The notes under the pieces were generated by a model. It ran no database searches, was not told the origin of the DNA, and was given only the letters and a program-made list of their open reading frames with translations. The position numbers were made by a program, and so were the translations under genes. From the sequence record MH550421: 64,000 bases of DNA; one strand, written 5' to 3'. This DNA is from Enterobacteria phage T6. Shown piece by piece: positions 1 to 8,678 of the stretch; the stretch's first letter is position 1, and each line of letters starts with the position of its first letter.

Positions 1-417
1 GTTTCACGGATATATTCCAATTTAACTGCAAGTTCTTGGCGAGCATCATCTAACTCAACTACTTTCTTGGCGATTTCAATTCGCATTTCAGCATAACCAT
101 CAGCTTTAGTAGTCAGCTGTTCAGCTGTTCGACGATATAGCAAACCTAGTTTAGCATGCATTGTTACATCTTGACCTTCGGAAAGAAGCTTGCGAATTTC
201 ACGCTCTTTTGATTCGGCCTGCTTATTCTTTTCGACAATAAGTTCACGAATACGCTTTTCTTCATTAATAGATTTAACAGAAGCAGTTTTTAGATCTTTA
301 ATCTTATCAAGTAGTTTTGCTGCCGCAGCAGTATACTGTTCTTCAACAGATAGATTTTTAGCCATAGCAGAACCAAGTTTAGTGCGAATAAACTCAACAA
401 TTTTCTTCAGTGTGTTC
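1..417 (-). CDS. hypothetical early protein, partial (3' end beyond window start)
   Basis: Minus-strand ATG at 415-417 behind AAGGAAAT RBS; frame open to window edge ([16 protein letters not shown]...); coiled-coil-like, Lys/Glu rich. Confidence 0.6.
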
Positions 418-446
418 ATAGTATTTCCTTAGGTTGGTATAATTAG

Positions 447-475
447 ATAATATCACGTTTTAATAGATTGTAAAC
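447..475 (-). promoter_or_regulatory. T4 early-type promoter (GTTTAC -35, TGa-TATTAT extended -10)
   Basis: Minus strand GTTTAC, 17-nt spacer, TGATATTAT, about 30 nt upstream of the ATG at 417. Confidence 0.45.
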
Positions 476-811
476 TTATTCTTCGTCTAGCTCATCGATA
501 AAGACGTCAATGGCCTCGATAACGGCATCATTGATAGCCAATAAAATAAAATCATCGTCAGTGCCTTTAGAAGATTCTAAAGCATTGATATATGCTTGGT
601 TAGCAAGTTCCCAAGCCTTTTTAAAATAAGGAGCTTCATCATCAGGGCCAACGAAACGTACACCTTCAAAGATACGGTTAGCATAATCCAATACCCATTG
701 TACAGGCATGTTTTGAGAACGTTCGTTAAACTCTTTAAATTCCTTAGATTCAAAAAGCTCTTCAGGATAATAATTTCGATTACAAAAAGCTTTACTAAAG
801 TTACGTTTCAT
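476..811 (-). CDS. hypothetical early protein (111 aa, acidic C-terminus)
   Basis: ORF 476..811 with GAGGAG RBS upstream of ATG; GTTTAC promoter upstream. Confidence 0.7.
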   Translation of the reverse strand: MKRNFSKAFCNRNYYPEELFESKEFKEFNERSQNMPVQWVLDYANRIFEGVRFVGPDDEAPYFKKAWELANQAYINALESSKGTDDDFILLAINDAVIEAIDVFIDELDEE

Positions 812-836
812 AATGTTCTCCTCAAATTATGGGCTC

Positions 837-866
837 ATAATATCTCAATCATGAGCCTATGTAAAC
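837..866 (-). promoter_or_regulatory. T4 early-type promoter
   Basis: Minus GTTTAC then ATATTAT -10; inverted repeat GGCTCAT/ATGAGCC flanks the -10. Confidence 0.45.
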
Positions 867-1130
867 TTATTTCATATTATTGAAATATTCTTCTGCGATT
901 TCGTCGTTATCATGGTAAACTTTAGAAGACAGTTTAACATAACTTTCAGCAGTGAACATGTTAATCACAACCTTTACAGTATACCACTGACCGTCTTCAT
1001 TGCCCATTACTGCATAAGTTTCAAACATCGGATGGTCAGGACCGATAACTTTAATATCATTCACGGTACGACCAAAATCTTCTGAAACACATTTCATAAA
1101 GAAGTTGAACAGTTCACCATAATTATCCAT
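867..1130 (-). CDS. hypothetical early protein (87 aa from ATG at 1130; track start 1142 is TTG)
   Basis: ORF with GGAGAATAAA RBS directly upstream of ATG at 1128-1130. Confidence 0.7.
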   Translation of the reverse strand: MDNYGELFNFFMKCVSEDFGRTVNDIKVIGPDHPMFETYAVMGNEDGQWYTVKVVINMFTAESYVKLSSKVYHDNDEIAEEYFNNMK

Positions 1131-1173
1131 TTTATTCTCCAAGTTGTTTTCTGTATCAGTAGTTGATAGTTGT

Positions 1174-1203
1174 ATAGTACCATGGAAGAACAGGGATGTA
1201 AAC
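1174..1203 (-). promoter_or_regulatory. T4 early-type promoter
   Basis: Minus GTTTAC, 18-nt spacer, TACTAT; A/T-rich upstream. Confidence 0.4.
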
Positions 1204-1335
1204 AGTTTTGTGAAAAAATTTTTAAAAAGTTTTGGGGAATTCTAGGGCGGGGAGGAGCAATTAAAAGATAGGATAATATATTATAAAGGGTATAAACTAA
1301 ATGATGCCTAGAGAGGTTTGGAAAGGCCTAGATAC

Positions 1336-1363
1336 CAAAAAGCCCCAACCTTTCGGTCGGGGC
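1336..1363 (-). terminator. intrinsic terminator ending the tRNA/stable-RNA transcription unit
   Basis: Minus-strand hairpin GCCCCGACC-GAAA-GGUUGGGGC followed by UUUUU. Confidence 0.6.
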
Positions 1364-1413
1364 TAAGCCTTGCGGCAACCTTGTCGGGGTTCCACCTGCT
1401 AAGGCAAGTGTTT

Positions 1414-1507
1414 GTACGAAACGCCGGGACTTGAACCCGGTTATTAAGTAGTTGACGCTACTCAATATTTTTAAAAGGCCATATCTCGACCATATCCGAA
1501 CGTTCCG
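1414..1507 (-). ncRNA. tRNA-like small stable RNA candidate
   Basis: Acceptor-like stem CGGAACG/CGUUUCG and T-arm CCGGG-UUCAAGU-CCCGG, but internal arms do not fold as a canonical tRNA by hand. Confidence 0.3.
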
Positions 1508-1680
1508 TCAAAAACGCTACTCGGCTTATGGCAAAGATATTTCCTCGAATCGATAATTCGGCGCGCCGTTTCTGCTGTGATGTAAGGGGATATTAACAAA
1601 ACATAAAGATTTATTAATGCCAGTCCTTACTCAGGGAACATCAGTCCGACGACTTACCGGTAGCGACCCGGTTTCTCATT

Positions 1681-1755
1681 TGGTATCCCGCCCTGGGATC
1701 GAACCAGGACCGCAAACTTAGAAGGATCGTATGCTATCCATTACACCAGCGGGAC
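1681..1755 (-). tRNA. tRNA-Arg (anticodon tentatively UCU), CCA encoded
   Basis: Acceptor GUCCCGC/GCGGGAU, T-arm CCUGG-UUCGAUC-CCAGG, 3' ACCA; anticodon loop CUUCUAA with one stem mismatch. Confidence 0.6.
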
Positions 1756-1760
1756 ATAAT

Positions 1761-2426
1761 TTAAAATTTCATTTTTCGACCTTTAAACCATCCTTCTGGA
1801 ATTGGATCAGTTTTCTTAATACGTTTAGAAACTTTTTCATCTAATGAATGAATCCACATCATACCAAATTGGGAATTCTTTTCACCTTTCTGGTGATTAT
1901 TTTTAGCGTGAATTTCTTTCATTTTATTAATAGTTTCAAGAGTATGATGCTTATTTAAAAATCTGCTATTATTTAAAAATTTTTCCTTGTATTCAGGAGT
2001 TGACCATAAACGTTTAAATACATTTGAACCATTTTGACGATATTTTTCTTGAAGTAAAATATCATTTTTAAAACGTGACTTAAACGATTTAGCTCCTTTT
2101 AAACTAGCGTCTTTCTTCTGATTTAGCATCTCAGGAATATTTATATGATCCCATCCACCTTCACCGCCAAGTTTTAAATTATACACATCTGGTCTATTTA
2201 AAAACTCTTCTGTGACAATATTTTTCTCGGCTTCAAGCATAGATTCTTTATCATCAAAATATTCTAATATTTCTTTAGAAAAATTTTCTATACCATACCT
2301 GTCTTGGGCTCTTTTTAATAATTTACCAGAACCCATATATCCATCATCTAAATTTTCGGTAGAATGCACACCAATATAAATTTTATTATTAATTTTATTT
2401 GTTATTTTATAAAGATAAAAATGCAT
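1761..2426 (-). CDS. segB: GIY-YIG homing endonuclease, SegB-like (221 aa from internal ATG)
   Basis: GIY-YIG motifs YLYKITN...KIYIGVH...GYMGSGK; sits inside the tRNA cluster; track ORF extends to 2534 across a tRNA, so the later ATG is preferred. Confidence 0.8.
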   Translation of the reverse strand: MHFYLYKITNKINNKIYIGVHSTENLDDGYMGSGKLLKRAQDRYGIENFSKEILEYFDDKESMLEAEKNIVTEEFLNRPDVYNLKLGGEGGWDHINIPEMLNQKKDASLKGAKSFKSRFKNDILLQEKYRQNGSNVFKRLWSTPEYKEKFLNNSRFLNKHHTLETINKMKEIHAKNNHQKGEKNSQFGMMWIHSLDEKVSKRIKKTDPIPEGWFKGRKMKF

Positions 2427-2472
2427 ATCAGTCCTTAATAAAGAACTGAGCGTCTCACGACGAGTCATAAAT

Positions 2473-2559
2473 TGGTGGGGAGTGGTGGAGTCGAACCACC
2501 CGAGTCGCAATGACAATGAATTTACAGTCCACACCGCTACCTCTACGGGATAACTCCCC
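2473..2559 (-). tRNA. tRNA-Tyr (GUA), type II with long variable arm
   Basis: Acceptor GGGGAGU/ACUCCCC, anticodon stem GUGGA/UUCAU, loop CUGUAAA, T-arm GGUGG-UUCGACU-CCACC, 3' ACCA. Confidence 0.7.
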
Positions 2560-2568
2560 TAATTAATT

Positions 2569-2645
2569 TGGTGACCCAGACCAGATTTGAACTGGTAACC
2601 TTTCCCTTATGAGGGGACTGCTGCTAACCATTGAGCTACAGGGCC
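2569..2645 (-). tRNA. tRNA with CAU anticodon (Ile2 or Met)
   Basis: Acceptor GGCCCUG/CUGGGUC with one U-U mismatch, loop CUCAUAA, T-arm ACCAG-UUCAAAU-CUGGU, 3' ACCA; D-arm imperfect in hand fold. Confidence 0.55.
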
Positions 2646-2646
2646 T

Positions 2647-2722
2647 TGGTGCTGATTGACGGAATCGAACCGCCGACATCCTCATTACAAGTGAGGTGCT
2701 CTACCTACTGAGCTACACGGAG
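2647..2722 (-). tRNA. tRNA-Thr (UGU)-like gene with non-pairing acceptor stem (possible pseudo or chimeric tRNA)
   Basis: Canonical D-arm GCUC/GAGC, anticodon arm CCUCA-CUUGUAA-UGAGG, T-arm GGCGG-UUCGAUU-CCGUC, 3' AAUCAGC-A-CCA, but 5' strand CUCCGUG pairs at only 3 of 7 positions. Confidence 0.5.
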
Positions 2723-2732
2723 TAGATTAAAT

Positions 2733-2806
<74 letters not shown>

Positions 2807-2811
2807 AAATT

Positions 2812-2898
2812 TGGTGCGAGAAGTGGGACTCGAACCCACAAGGAAATCATTCCGCAGCATTTTAAGTGCTGTGCCTTTACCAATTTGACCATTCTCGC
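2812..2898 (-). tRNA. tRNA-Leu (UAA), type II
   Basis: Acceptor GCGAGAA/UUCUCGC, anticodon arm CAGCA-CUUAAAA-UGCUG, variable arm GGAA/UUCC, T-arm GUGGG-UUCGAGU-CCCAC, 3' ACCA. Confidence 0.75.
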
Positions 2899-2899
2899 G

Positions 2900-2972
2900 C
2901 TGGGAATAAAGGACTCGAACCTTTGCATCTAGCAGTCAAAGTGCTATGCCTTACCAACTTGGCTAATTCCCA
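2900..2972 (-). tRNA. tRNA-Gln (UUG), CCA not encoded; abuts tRNA-Leu
   Basis: Acceptor UGGGAAU/AUUCCCA, anticodon arm UAGCA-CUUUGAC-UGCUA, T-arm AAAGG-UUCGAGU-CCUUU; one nt from the Leu 5' end, like a dimeric precursor. Confidence 0.7.
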
Positions 2973-3069
2973 ATTATTAACAAAGGCTCTCTAACAAGAA
3001 CCCTTGATGATAGAGGGTATTAATCAGTGCGGTATGAGTTAATAATAACAAATAATTCTTAAAGCATAT

Positions 3070-3357
3070 TTACCATTTATGATGATATGTATTTACGATA
3101 CATTCAAGACCCAAAGGATTCTTGAAAATATCATATTCAAGAGGACCTTTTTCTGTTTCAATAAAGAAATCAAAATTTACTGTATTAAATTTACGGTCTT
3201 CCTTCACTAATTTAACCTGAGAAGATGAACGGTCAATGTAAACCTTTTCAACTTCAAAACATGTTAAAATGCCATAATCATCAATCAAGGCTTTAGCTGC
3301 TTCTTGATCATATTTATATCCATTTTCAATGGATGATACTTTTGCATAAAGAATCAT
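3070..3357 (-). CDS. hypothetical early protein (95 aa)
   Basis: ORF 3070..3357 in a tightly packed minus-strand gene run. Confidence 0.65.
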   Translation of the reverse strand: MILYAKVSSIENGYKYDQEAAKALIDDYGILTCFEVEKVYIDRSSSQVKLVKEDRKFNTVNFDFFIETEKGPLEYDIFKNPLGLECIVNTYHHKW

Positions 3358-3359
3358 TA

Positions 3360-3770
3360 TCAGCCTCTATCAACGATAGTATGAGTATGGGCATTTACGA
3401 TTTGCCACCAGTCAAAGCGATTGGAACCATAATCTGGTTTATTTTCATTTTCTTTAATGATATCACGCAGTTTATCTTCTGTTTCAGCATACGCAATTAA
3501 ATCATCATATCCACCACAAGGGTAATAATTATCACCTGCGAATAAAAGAAAATTTACCTTAGATGGATTTACGTAATAATGGTCTTTAGGATATTTAGTT
3601 CCTCTCCAATCAGTTACTTCAACATAACGGTAAGAAAATCCATTTTTACTTTCAATCCAACTCCACGCTTCAAAAGGAGTATTAAAAACTTTATCAGGTA
3701 TTAAATTACCTTCAAAATGAGAAGGATTTGCATAATCCCCAGCATAAACATAGTATTCGTTAATACTCAT
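3360..3770 (-). CDS. hypothetical early protein (136 aa from ATG at 3770; track ORF to 3803)
   Basis: AAAGGTG RBS upstream of internal ATG (MSINEYYVYAGDY...); Tyr/Trp-rich. Confidence 0.65.
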   Translation of the reverse strand: MSINEYYVYAGDYANPSHFEGNLIPDKVFNTPFEAWSWIESKNGFSYRYVEVTDWRGTKYPKDHYYVNPSKVNFLLFAGDNYYPCGGYDDLIAYAETEDKLRDIIKENENKPDYGSNRFDWWQIVNAHTHTIVDRG

Positions 3771-3771
3771 T

Positions 3772-3957
3772 CTATTCACCTTTAGAAATTTTATCCATAA
3801 CAATAGCGATTAAACCAATTAAAAATGCTACTACAAGTGAAAACACATTTTCTGCTGTAGTCAATAATCCGCATATAAATCCAACAAACATTGAAAAACT
3901 AAAAGCGGAAGCAGAAATTGCAATAGCAACATTTCGAATTAATTCACAACGTTTCAT
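3772..3957 (-). CDS. small hydrophobic membrane protein (61 aa)
   Basis: ORF with GAGGAG RBS; sequence dominated by one hydrophobic helix (IAISASAFSFSMFVGFICGLLT). Confidence 0.6.
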   Translation of the reverse strand: MKRCELIRNVAIAISASAFSFSMFVGFICGLLTTAENVFSLVVAFLIGLIAIVMDKISKGE

Positions 3958-3985
3958 TTTATTCTCCTCAGTAGTTGATAGGGTA

Positions 3986-4015
3986 ATAATATCACTACCC
4001 TATCTAAAAGTAAAC
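3986..4015 (-). promoter_or_regulatory. T4 early-type promoter with inverted repeat flanking the -10
   Basis: Minus GTTTAC, 18-nt spacer, TGATATTAT; arms GATAGGG/CCCTATC flank the -10. Confidence 0.45.
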
Positions 4016-4249
4016 TTATTTTTTACGAAAAATTGATTTATTTTCTGCTGCCCATTTTTCAATAATTGCAGCAGGACCAGTAACAACAATTTTATCACCG
4101 TAATCTTCTGCGGCGAGTTGACCGAAATTATCTAATGCATCACGAAGAACTCCATGAGGCATTTCACCCATTTTATCTTTCTTGCCAGTGTAAATAAACT
4201 CAACTTTTACATCAGCAGTTTCAGCAATAAATTCTTGGTAAGTTTTCAT
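4016..4249 (-). CDS. internal-protein-like small protein with capsid-targeting leader MKTYQEFIAE (77 aa from second ATG)
   Basis: Starts MKTYQEFIAE, the leader shared by T4 internal proteins, ending in an I-x-E prohead-protease motif; GGAAAT RBS; early promoter upstream. Confidence 0.7.
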   Translation of the reverse strand: MKTYQEFIAETADVKVEFIYTGKKDKMGEMPHGVLRDALDNFGQLAAEDYGDKIVVTGPAAIIEKWAAENKSIFRKK

Positions 4250-4283
4250 TTTGATTTCCATTTGGTTTTGTTTTGATAGGGTA

Positions 4284-4313
4284 ATAGTATCACAACTAAA
4301 ACCCTATGTAAAC
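4284..4313 (-). promoter_or_regulatory. T4 early-type promoter with inverted repeat
   Basis: Minus GTTTAC, spacer, TGATACTAT; arms ATAGGGT/ACCCTAT flank the -10; 31-nt upstream block repeated at 4638-4668. Confidence 0.45.
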
Positions 4314-4325
4314 AACTTTGTGAAA

Positions 4326-4583
4326 TTATTTTAAATCTTCTAATCGTTTCTTCATCTTAGAACCATTTTTAGCAATTTCTCCTGCATCGGAGCATAATGC
4401 TAAAAGTGCTTTAACTTTAGTTTGGTCTCCTTTAAAAGATGAAGGATCGACCGCAGCAGCAAGTTCTTTAATACGAGAGAAAAGACGCTCAGCTTCAGCT
4501 AAAGCCATTCCAAGCTTTACTTCCATACCGTGGGAAGATTCAGTGATAGTAGTTTTTGTAGCAAACTCTTTGAAAGTTTTCAT
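4326..4583 (-). CDS. internal-protein-like small protein with leader MKTFKEFATK...ITE (85 aa)
   Basis: N-terminus resembles the capsid-targeting leader and contains an I-T-E cleavage motif; early promoter upstream. Confidence 0.65.
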   Translation of the reverse strand: MKTFKEFATKTTITESSHGMEVKLGMALAEAERLFSRIKELAAAVDPSSFKGDQTKVKALLALCSDAGEIAKNGSKMKKRLEDLK

Positions 4584-4613
4584 TTTATTTTCCTAATTAA
4601 TTTTGATGAGATA

Positions 4614-4643
4614 ATAGTATCACTACCTCATCAGCATGTAAAC
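4614..4643 (-). promoter_or_regulatory. T4 early-type promoter with inverted repeat
   Basis: Minus GTTTAC, spacer, TGATACTAT; arms TGATGAG/CTCATCA flank the -10. Confidence 0.45.
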
Positions 4644-4655
4644 AACTTTGTGAAA

Positions 4656-5352
<697 letters not shown>

Positions 5353-5353
<1 letters not shown>

Positions 5354-6078
5354 TATAGTACCTTTAGTGTATTTTTAATTTTAGAAAAAAGTTCTTCAAG
5401 AGAACCATCGTTTGTAATTACTAAATCGCCATCACGAATTGGCAATCCAGCTTCTGTAATATGTGTATCATTGGATTTTTGACCAGGACGAACTACATGA
5501 ATTACTGTAGCACCCATCGCCCTAGCCGCATCCATTTCATGATCTTGACGGGTATCAGGAACGATATAATAATCATAACCTGAGTTAAATTTATCAAGAT
5601 AATCTAAAGCAAATAATTTTACCCAGTACATGCGGTCGAAGTTATTAACAATCAAATCCGTACCTAGGGCTTGCATCAGACGACGGACTGACCATTGATC
5701 TTCAATATTATTTATAACGTCAATAATCTTGTTAAATGCTACGGAATTAACTGATTCTTGTCCTTCGTCATCAAAAACAAACACACCCTTAATTGGGCTT
5801 TTACCATTAAGATAGCAAAATGCTTGTTCCATAATCGTGATTACTTCTGATTTAGTCAGATTTAAATTAGTCTCACGATCATAGTCAATTCCTTCAAACT
5901 CTTTACGAGTTAAGCAAGGATAGTCAGTGTTTGCTGCAAATACGCCCCATGCATAAGCCAATGCATCTTTAATAGGACCAGCAAGTTGATATTTAACTGC
6001 AGAATAATTTTCCATGATAAAATCTGCAGTAGTATCTTTTCCACTACGCTTTACACCACTTAAAAAGATTAGTTTCAT
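5353..6078 (-). CDS. 1: gp1 deoxynucleoside monophosphate kinase
   Basis: 241 aa starting MKLIFLSGVKRSGKDT (P-loop); synteny 1-3-2-4. Confidence 0.9.
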
Positions 6079-6127
6079 ATGTTTCTCCTCAAATTTAGTT
6101 AAGATTATAACACATGAAACTGAAGCA

Positions 6128-6658
6128 TTAAACTTCTGCTATAATTTTGCCATCTTTTTCTACTTGAAAATACGTATAAGGAATCGTTGCTGTGCATACT
6201 AAAGCTGGGTCTGAATCTTCTGTGTAGCTAAATTCTACTTCAGACAGGTCAGAAACCCAGGGCTTATAAAAATTTATTGACATCACGATTTCAGTTTTAC
6301 TATTATCTAAAATGTAAAGCGTAATGTATTCAGGACCTGTTTTTTGGGCAGTATTTTCGCCTGTAAGATAGTTACTAGTTCCTAGCATCCATTCATACAT
6401 TCCTATCCACGACTTAAGCTCTTCATCAACTATAAATCTCACGATGAGTGGATCGTACTCAAATGTAACTCCTGGACGTTGTGCTCGGCCTAGTCCAAAC
6501 GGCCCAGTCACGGTATCGGTAACAGGTATTCTAATTCCCGGAATAGGAACTGACTGAGCATTTAAAGTAAAAGCGGATGTAGTATTACTATGTGGTATTG
6601 ATACTACAAAGTTAGTTGTATTTGCTTGGTTAAAAATTTGTTGCAGTGCTTGCGACAT
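6128..6658 (-). CDS. 3: gp3 tail completion / tube terminator protein
   Basis: 176 aa ORF at the T4 gene 3 position. Confidence 0.85.
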   Translation of the reverse strand: MSQALQQIFNQANTTNFVVSIPHSNTTSAFTLNAQSVPIPGIRIPVTDTVTGPFGLGRAQRPGVTFEYDPLIVRFIVDEELKSWIGMYEWMLGTSNYLTGENTAQKTGPEYITLYILDNSKTEIVMSINFYKPWVSDLSEVEFSYTEDSDPALVCTATIPYTYFQVEKDGKIIAEV

Positions 6659-6763
6659 ATATTCCTCATAATGCTTATAAATGTTGGTGGTATAATGGGT
6701 CTAAGTCCCTTCCATTCAATTCCAATTAGAACAAACAATAGAAAAGAATGGAAGATAATAGAA

Positions 6764-7588
6764 TTAGATATTTGACCAGACTTTGTTTGCAGAGAAACGT
6801 TTTCCTTTTGAAACGAACTGCTGAAGTGGCATTAACACAACGTTCGCCCAGTCTTTCGGGGCGATTTCAACAAGGCTACCCATAATATTACCGGGTATAT
6901 ATGCCTTAATCATTTGGTCTGCACCCCTAAATCCTTTCACTTGACTCCAATCAATTTTTAATTTCGTTTTATTAGTAATAGTAGGTGTATTTGAATATTG
7001 CTTTAAAAGCTCTTCTAGAAATTGCTGACGAGCTTTAGGTGGAATATAGTGCAAGTTCAATCCGTACATTAAATTATGTTTACCTAAACCAAGGTAAATT
7101 ATCAAAGGAAATTTATCCCAATAAGGAAGAGTTTCCTTGTGTTTAGCATCATAAGCAAAAGCATATATTCGTCCCGGCTGCGGGCGAACAACTTTATGTC
7201 CTTTTACTTGCTTAATAGTTTCAGCAAACCACTTTCTGGTTTTATTATTAATTGCTGCACCTTCATTACGAATTTTATCACGCAATGTTTGCCTGAATGA
7301 ATTTATCATAAGCAGTTGTCTTTCTTGCTTATTGAGTTTATTCATTGGTTTTGATTCAAGCTTTTGAATCTTTTCAGCCGTTTTAATTCCTGAAGCATAT
7401 TTTGACATTGCTGAAGTAAACGTAGAGTATTTGATTCCTCTTTCTTCGGCAAATTGCTTTCCTGTCATTCCTTTTGCTTTGGCCTTTTTGTATTCAAGAC
7501 CTATCTGAATCCATTTCTTTTCGTTTAATGATTGCTTAACCTTTGGAACTTGGGGAGTGCTTTCATTAATTATTTGAAAAATAGCCAT
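6764..7588 (-). CDS. 2: gp2 DNA end protector protein
   Basis: 274 aa basic protein at the T4 gene 2 position. Confidence 0.85.
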   Translation of the reverse strand: MAIFQIINESTPQVPKVKQSLNEKKWIQIGLEYKKAKAKGMTGKQFAEERGIKYSTFTSAMSKYASGIKTAEKIQKLESKPMNKLNKQERQLLMINSFRQTLRDKIRNEGAAINNKTRKWFAETIKQVKGHKVVRPQPGRIYAFAYDAKHKETLPYWDKFPLIIYLGLGKHNLMYGLNLHYIPPKARQQFLEELLKQYSNTPTITNKTKLKIDWSQVKGFRGADQMIKAYIPGNIMGSLVEIAPKDWANVVLMPLQQFVSKGKRFSANKVWSNI

Positions 7589-8040
7589 TATGCCCCCTTA
7601 AAGCCAAGAGCTCGTAATCCATCTTCTGTTAGAATTCTAAATTTTATTCCACGCTTTTCAGCTAAAGCTTGCGCTGCTTTCCATTTGTCAGTATTAACAG
7701 AATATGTATAAATTTCATTCATAAATCTTTTCTTCGCTGCAGTTGTTAGATGTGCTGGTTTAACTGGTGGTTGTGTTTCTTTTTTAGGTTTTATTTCAAT
7801 AAAAAATTCTTGTCCAGAAGAATCTTTCATCCAAATATCCATGAAGTATCTACGTTTTTTCCCTTCTGCATTACAAAAATAAGGAATTACTGCTGTTTCA
7901 CTACCCCATGCAATAATTTCTGGATTTTTATCTAACCATTCAAAAAAGAATTTTTCCCAATTTGATCTATACGTAATTTTTTTAGGGTCACCTCTATATT
8001 TTGATATATTTTTAGGAACCCATTTTCCAGAATATGCCAT
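7588..8040 (-). CDS. 4: gp4 head completion protein
   Basis: 150 aa; start-stop overlap with gene 2. Confidence 0.85.
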   Translation of the reverse strand: MAYSGKWVPKNISKYRGDPKKITYRSNWEKFFFEWLDKNPEIIAWGSETAVIPYFCNAEGKKRRYFMDIWMKDSSGQEFFIEIKPKKETQPPVKPAHLTTAAKKRFMNEIYTYSVNTDKWKAAQALAEKRGIKFRILTEDGLRALGFKGA

Positions 8041-8051
8041 TGGATTCTCCT

Positions 8052-8059
8052 TATAAATA
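8052..8059 (+). promoter_or_regulatory. late promoter TATAAATA (gene 53)
   Basis: Exact TATAAATA about 30 nt upstream of the gene 53 ATG. Confidence 0.6.
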
Positions 8060-8066
8060 GATAATA

Positions 8067-8074
8067 TATTTATA
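8067..8074 (-). promoter_or_regulatory. late promoter TATAAATA (gene 4), divergent
   Basis: Plus-strand TATTTATA reads TATAAATA on the minus strand, about 27 nt upstream of gene 4 start. Confidence 0.5.
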
Positions 8075-8087
8075 AACAGGAGGGCCC

Positions 8088-8678
8088 ATGCTCTTTACAT
8101 TTTTTGATCCGATTGAATATGCGGCCAAAACGGTGAATAAAAACGCGCCGACTATTCCTATGACAGATATTTTTAGAAACTATAAAGACTATTTCAAACG
8201 TGCTCTTGCGGGATACCGCTTACGTACTTATTATATTAAAGGTTCACCACGCCCGGAAGAATTAGCAAATGCTATATATGGAAATCCGCAGTTGTATTGG
8301 GTTTTATTGATGTGTAATGATAATTATGATCCGTATTATGGATGGATTACTTCGCAAGAAGCTGCTTATCAAGCATCTATACAAAAATACAAAAACGTAG
8401 GTGGAGACCAAATAGTATATCATGTGAACGAGAACGGTGAAAAATTTTATAATTTAATATCATATGATGATAACCCATATGTTTGGTATGACAAAGGTGA
8501 TAAAGCTAGAAAATATCCTCAATATGAAGGAGCACTTGCTGCGGTCGATACGTATGAAGCTGCTGTTCTTGAAAATGAAAAACTTCGTCAAATAAAAATA
8601 ATAGCAAAATCAGACATTAATTCATTTATGAACGACCTTATACGTATAATGGAGAAATCTTATGGAAATGATAAGTAA
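8088..8678 (+). CDS. 53: gp53 baseplate wedge protein
   Basis: 196 aa; precedes and overlaps gene 5. Confidence 0.9.
   Translation: MLFTFFDPIEYAAKTVNKNAPTIPMTDIFRNYKDYFKRALAGYRLRTYYIKGSPRPEELANAIYGNPQLYWVLLMCNDNYDPYYGWITSQEAAYQASIQKYKNVGGDQIVYHVNENGEKFYNLISYDDNPYVWYDKGDKARKYPQYEGALAAVDTYEAAVLENEKLRQIKIIAKSDINSFMNDLIRIMEKSYGNDK

Noticed and set aside
190-432. Plus-strand 80-aa ORF at the window start
   Set aside because: It lies antisense to a better-supported minus-strand gene (RBS plus ATG at 417, open to the window edge) and has no RBS of its own.
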